Source: the human T2T-CHM13v2.0 reference genome, Homo sapiens. Taken from it: a stretch of DNA of 64,000 bases. Made by a program: the position numbers and the translations under genes. The stretch lies in NCBI RefSeq assembly GCF_009914755.1, contig NC_060945.1; one strand, given 5' to 3'. Below, in pieces: positions 54,725-64,000 of the stretch. A model generated the notes under the pieces. The model saw only the letters and a program-made list of their open reading frames with translations. It made no database searches and was not told the DNA's origin. Positions within the stretch are counted from its first letter, which is position 1. Each line of letters opens with the position of its first letter.

Positions 54725-55126
<402 letters not shown>

Positions 55127-55152
55127 GTTTTCTCTTTGTAATTCTTTTTCAG

Positions 55153-55301
55153 TGACTGTCGGGCCTCCAGAAAACATTGAGGTGACCCCAGGAGAAGGCT
55201 CCCTCATCATCAGGTTCTCCTCTCCCTTTGACATCGCTGATACCTCCACGGCCTTTTTTTGTTATTATGTCCATTACTGGGAAAAAGGAGGAATCCAACA
55301 G
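55153..55301 (+). CDS. IFNGR2: IFNGR2 coding exon 4 (VTVGPPENIEVTPGEGSLIIRFSSPFDIADTSTAFFCYYVHYWEKGGIQQ)
   Basis: Acceptor tttttcag|; 149 nt; ends at the non-canonical donor CAG|GCAAGA, which joins in frame to VKGPF of exon 5. Confidence 0.97.
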
Positions 55302-56183
55302 GCAAGAGCATCTTTCTTTTTTGTTTGGATTTTCTTTTCTTTGCAGTTTCTGGCTTAGCAAAAGAAAGAAACCTTTAACATGGGCAAGAACAGGGTGTCT
55401 CCATGTCCCCGTGTCCCCATAGAGGCTGAGCCCTGAGCCTGTTTTCATTGTCCTCTTCAAGACCTGTTTTTCCACTCGGTTTGCTGAGACCTCCCTCCGC
55501 CAGGCTGATCTGAAGGGCCAGCCATCCTTTGATGTCACTCTGTGTCCCTTGTGTGGGGTTGAGACTTTGCCGGTGCCCTGCTTACGATGCCTTTGCCACG
55601 CTCTGTAGTTTGGAGGAGGTTTTAGTGGGCCTGGTTCTCCATGAGGAATCCACAACTACAGCCTGCAAGGCTTAACTGTATAAATGTTTGAACAGTTTGT
55701 GAAAAGGGCACATGCGAAATCGGGGGGAAACAGAGGGAGAAAGAGCTTTCCAGAGAGCAGTACCAGCAGGTATGAGAAGGCGTGGCATACGTGGAGAACT
55801 GCAGGTGCTTAGATTGGTCAGAAATGCAATCCACAAGGGGCTGTGGCAGGTGCTCACGTTGACAGAGGTGCATGACATCAGAGCGGCCTGGTCAGCCTCG
55901 GGGAGTATAGGAAAAAGCATCATGGTCTTGAAGCATCTCCAGTGCCTAAATTATCCTAGCTGCATTTAAGGAGGTTCTGTTATCTATGGGAACTTCATGA
56001 TTTCCTAAATTCAACATTATGATGGTTTTTGATAATAAGAGCTTACATTTATTGAGAGCTTCCTTTGTGTTTGGCTCTGGGCCAGAATTTTAGATACTTC
56101 ATCTCATTTCATCTTTTTTTTTTTTTTTTTTTTGAGCTGGAGTTTCGCTCTTGATGCCCAGCTAGTTTTTGTATTTTTAGTAG

Positions 56184-56315
<132 letters not shown>

Positions 56316-57539
56316 TAATCCGTTTGCAGAGAGAGAATCCAAGTCGTTAAGTGGCTTGCCTCAGGTCAGCAGCGAATCACTGGCAGAGCAGAGCAGAGCA
56401 GAGATGCCTAGCTTCAGAGCCCTGCTCTTGACCACCATCTTTTTCTGCCACACGCTTTGTATCTGCACTTCTCCTTCATTTTTTTTTTTTTTAATTATTG
56501 TTCTTTTTTTGAGACAGTCTCACTGTCGCCCAGGCTAGAGTACTGTGGTACCATCTTGGCTCACTGCAACCTCTACCTCCCCGGCTCAAGCAGTCCACCC
56601 ACTTCAGCCACCCGAGTAGCTGGAACTACAGGCCTGTGCCAACCACACCTGGCTAATATTTTTAAATTTTTTTTTATAGAGATGGGGTTTTGCCATGTTG
56701 CCCAGGCTGGTCTCGAACTCCTGGTCTCAAGCGATCTGCCCACCTCAGTCTCCAAAAGTGCTGAGGTTACAGGCATGAGCCCGTTCCCAGCCTCCTCTTC
56801 ATTTCATTATGGGGAATATGAAACTGGGAAGAGTGAGACTCACTGAAAAACAGACTTAGCATCTAGGAAATAGGGAAAAATCATTTCTCCATATCAGAGC
56901 TCAAGATCTGGGTCGATTAGAATAGAGGGAGCCTGGCAGAATCCAGAAGAGAGACTCTGCCTCTTCCAAGTCTGTCCTCTCCAACTGGATACGGTGCCGG
57001 AAATGCAAGAGATAGGATGGGCCCTCTGGCCACGCTTTTCTCCACCCTTTGGTTGCTTTCTTCACTCGAGGGCACCGTGTTGCCATGCTCCCTCCCCAAG
57101 GGCCCGCCCATACTTTTGTTTTTTTAGGATGGAGTCCATCCACTTCTCTGCACTGAGTCAGCCCCCAGAGGGCGAGTTGCCACTTGTATCCTAGAGCTGG
57201 GCAGGGCTGCCCAGCACTGGAGAACTCAGCTCCAGGACCCTGGGGCCAGCCTTGTTGAGCAGCAAGCTCTAATGAAGAGCACACAGAACAGGCTTCCACT
57301 GCCTGGGACCCGCTTAGCACCATGTCACTTAGCCTCTCTGGGCTGCAGCTTCCTCGTGTATAAAATGAAACAACTGAGCTATAAGCTGGAGCCTGTGAAG
57401 AGGAGCAGCCGTGAGGGCCCCCAAGTCCCTTTCCTCCATTTGACCAGAGCATCTGTACTTGGCTTCCATGATCAAAAGGTTCAAGGATGAAAATGACTCT
57501 GAAAGCCACCAATGTGATCTTTGTTCCAGCTGTGAGTCT

Positions 57540-58527
<988 letters not shown>

Positions 58528-58726
58528 TCTGTGACTCTAAATTTTAGGAATTCCAATTGAATGCTGAAATAAACCCAAAGGGAATTTTTGTCCTTAAAAT
58601 CGTGTCTTCCTCTGCCCTGGCAGTCCAACACCATTAAACAGAAGAAAAGAAAATGTAAAACCATCAAGTAATACTATTATTCATAGATCATACAATTACT
58701 TTTATATTTTTATTTTTTAATTTTAA

Positions 58727-58870
<144 letters not shown>

Positions 58871-59533
58871 TGACCAGCTTATTTTTTTATTATTATTTTC
58901 TGTAGAGACGGAGGGAGGGGGTCTCACTATGTTACCCAAGCTCAAACTCCTGGACTCAAGTGATCCTCCCACCTCAGCCTCCCAAAGTGCTGGAATTACA
59001 GGCATGAGCCACCATGCCTGGCCTATTTTTGTATTTTAAAAAATAACAACATGTTCTGTATTTGAATAATCTGCCTTTTTTCAGTTAACAATTTAGCAGC
59101 CTTGTCTTCCCATGTTTTCAAGCATATGTTATACCACCATTTCATGTGGCTGTAGTGGATTATATTGTATCTCAAAATTAGAAAACAGTTCTTTGCAAGA
59201 AACCCTATACTGCCATAATAGGGTATCGCTGTTTTCCACTTTGGTATGGGACAATGACAGCCTTGCCAGGACAACAGGAGCCATTGCCTGGAAGACCAGG
59301 TGGGGAGGCAGCAAGGCCTGCTCAAGGCAGCAGAGGGATGCGCAGAGGAGACACAGAACCTTCCTAGAGTCTAGGGTCCAGTTGTCTCCTGATGACATAA
59401 ATCCTTAAGGTCATTTTAGCTGAAACTATAGGAGGCTCAAGCACATTTCGGTCAAACTAGAAGCAGGTTGGGAATGAAAGGAACATTATTTCCCAGAATA
59501 ATTTTTTCTCTGTTGACTAACTTGAGGTATCTA

Positions 59534-60142
<609 letters not shown>

Positions 60143-60447
60143 CAAAATGTTAAAGGAGAAAAAGATTATCCTAGAAATTGGGATTTACTGAAGTCTAGTT
60201 ACTACAATGGGCACTCTGAGACCTCACAGCCAGAAACACAGTTCTAAAGCTATCAGCCTCTTTGGCCACACAACACACCAATTTTCACACATAAAATGTG
60301 TCCACTGCCAGCCAGTGACCCACTAAAAATGGCATCTTGTTCTTCTTTGGTTGTCGTGTTCACAGTGAATTTGAGGAAACATCAGAAAAGATGTAGGCAG
60401 CTTGGCCATGTTCATTTACATGTGTGCTTGTGATGTTTTTAAAACAG

Positions 60448-60607
60448 GTCAAAGGCCCTTTCAGAAGCAACTCCATTTCATTGGATAACTTAAAACCCTC
60501 CAGAGTGTACTGTTTACAAGTCCAGGCACAACTGCTTTGGAACAAAAGTAACATCTTTAGAGTCGGGCATTTAAGCAACATATCTTGCTACGAAACAATG
60601 GCAGATG
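60448..60607 (+). CDS. IFNGR2: IFNGR2 coding exon 5 (VKGPFRSNSISLDNLKPSRVYCLQVQAQLLWNKSNIFRVGHLSNISCYETMAD)
   Basis: Acceptor aaaacag|, donor ATG|GTAAAA; 160 nt. Confidence 0.98.
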
Positions 60608-60759
60608 GTAAAATATACCTTCTTATGTCCTTTCTGAACTGGGAAAAGAATACTCCTCCAATAGTGAAATCGGGGAATGCTTATGAGGTCATGGGTGGTG
60701 GGAGTGGGGAGACCCAGTGAGAAGAGTGCTGAACTGCAGGAATAATGAGCTTGTGCTGA

Positions 60760-61456
<697 letters not shown>

Positions 61457-61569
61457 ACGCAGACATCTTAATGGTGACACATCAGGGCCCCACTGCCCCT
61501 GGCAACCCCTAAGAGTGCAGCTGTGGGCAAAGCCGTGGACACAGAGATTTGGGTTACAAATGGTATGGG

Positions 61570-62062
61570 GTTGTTTGTACACCCATGTTCATGTTGACAC
61601 GATTCACAACAGCCAAAAGGTGGAAGCACTCCGGTGTCGTTGAAGGATTAATAGATAAATCTTTAATAGATGGTCTTTCCATACAATGGAATATCATTCA
61701 GCCTTAGAAAGGAAGGGGATTGTGACACATCCTACCACACACATGGACCTTGAGGACATTATGCTGAGTAGAGTAGGGCAGTCACAAAAGGATACTGTCT
61801 GCTTCCACTTAAATGAGGTCCCCAGAGTCATCAAATCCATAAAGACAGGAAGTAGAATGGTGGTTGCGGTGGTGGAGGGAGGGAAGTGGGAAGTTCGTGT
61901 TGAATGGGGCCAGAGTTTCAGTTCTGGGGCTGTACAGAGTTCTGGAGATGGATGGTGGTCATGATTGCACAATGTGAATGTGCTTGGCACTACCGAACTG
62001 TACACCTAAAAAGAGTTATGATGGTACATTTTATGTTATGTGTATTTTACCACAATTTAATT
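61570..62062 (+). mobile_element. L1MB-type 3' end
   Basis: acacccatgttcat...aatggaatatcattcagccttagaaaggaagg...tattttaccacaattt. Confidence 0.85.
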
Positions 62063-62455
62063 TTTTTTTTTTAATGGCATGGGGTTGGCTAAAAAGGTGG
62101 CCTGGCCTGGAGATTGGCTGCAGTAGACCCCTCTCCGAGGCAGCAGGTCTCCTCTGCTGTCTGGAGAATGCTCCAGGGAAGTGGCCTGGCTGGAGGACGT
62201 GAAGGCGGTGGAGACAGTGATCAGGAGCTTGAGCTTTGGGGCCCACAGGGTGCTTAGGAGGGCCCTAAGGCAGAGTCAACACCCAGAGCTGTGAGTGCCA
62301 GGCCCCGTGTACCCATTGCCCAGTGGGTATTGCTAATATTTGAAAGGACTTGAGAAAGAACAGTAGCGTGGGTCTTGTGGAAAGTCTTATTTTCCTGCAT
62401 AACCCCAGCCCCCTGAGGCTCTGTGAGGCCATTGGGCCTTCTGAGGACACGGTCA

Positions 62456-62833
<378 letters not shown>

Positions 62834-64000
62834 TCACATTATTCTTGGGTAAACCTAGAGTAAAGGTGTTGGAAGCAGAATGTTACTCAGTTACATGTGG
62901 GATGAACAGAGGTTAGATAAGGTCCAAGTCTGCAGAAACATAGCAGCACTTTCAGAAAGAACCCTAGTCACTTGTTCCTTCATCTGCCATGATGTATTGT
63001 AGGTACACAGGCAGTATACAGATTCCCTACTAGAACCTCCCTGGTTAATATTGTCACAAAATCACAGCTCCTAACAGGTCTCAGAATCTTACTTGCAGTA
63101 ATAATCTCTCTCTCTCCTGGTAGAACTACCAGCTGAGCCCCAGTACATGAATATACTATGAGTCATTCCTCTGAGACATGAACAGAAAACACAGGCCTGT
63201 CAGTTCACTTTTCTAGGAAAGCATAAAGAACATCCGCCAAAGGTCTCTGAGTTACATGGGAACAGTGAATCATGTTTCACTTATAATTCTGGGGTTTCAC
63301 AAGGGTACATGTTTTGGTTTTGTTCCTCTTTCAGTCAGTCAGCTACAAGCTTATTGTCTTCCAGTATCTTTCAGCATTTCCAAGAGCTAGACACTAGATT
63401 CTTGGTAACTTGGTGAATCTATGGCTAAGCCTAAAGCCTGCGGGAGCAAAAGGGAAATTAATCGCTGGGAAACACCCCTTTATATGTTAAGGCCTAAGGC
63501 CCTCGCTCCCAGATTCTCTGCTTGCTGTGCGCTGGTGCAAGGGGAGGGGTGGAGGAGTGCCTGAGACCAATGCTTGTGAACTTGCCCTCTTTTTCCCCAT
63601 CACAGCTGAACAAGAGCCCCCAGTCCCTCCTTCACTGAAAGGTTACAATTTTAGAGACGTCTTAAGATTAATAACCCACAGGCCTACACTGAGGGTTGCA
63701 AGGAAGAACTTGCTTTTCTTCCAATCAGAAAATCAGAAGAAAAAAACAAAACTTGCTTTTCCTGAGTTTTGCCCTTTTAAACTCTCAGCATATTAACATG
63801 GTCAGCCCTGGGATGAGTATTAAAGTGATTACTGAGATGAGGGGTAAGGAGTATTCAACTATTAGAAGTTGTTGGCTGGGTGAGGTGGCTCATGCCTGTA
63901 ATCCCAGCACTTTGAGAGGCCGAGGTGGGTGGATCATGAAGTCAGGAGATCGAGACCATCCTGGCCAACAGGGTGAAACCCTGTCTCTACTAAAAATACA

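Overview
Human genomic DNA, recognisable as the class II cytokine receptor cluster on chr21q22.11. The right half holds IFNGR2 (interferon-gamma receptor 2) on the + strand: a CpG-island promoter and coding exons 1-6 (31805-61142). The last coding exon lies beyond the window. The left ~31 kb is upstream/intergenic DNA, on the IFNAR1 side by known gene order. The window is very Alu-dense and also carries LTR (MLT1, MST, MER21, ERV1-type), hAT DNA-transposon, MIR and L1 relics. Nearly all ORFs in the supplied track are Alu or GC-rich artefacts. IFNGR2 RNA-level observations: an in-frame 57-nt cassette exon that adds an N-glycan sequon and a Cys; a strong-Kozak uORF; a GC-AG intron 4; a stop-free 318-nt exon 5-6 module bracketed by inverted Alus (circRNA candidate); an antisense terminal exon overlapping exon 6; and a candidate distal first exon. 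Structural observations: two locally templated insertions, each copied from ~2 kb downstream, and a tentative, statistically untested decayed IFNAR1-like coding relic at ~1.8-2.9 kb that overlaps a GAS/NF-kB motif cluster. Repeat family names and boundaries are by eye and approximate.
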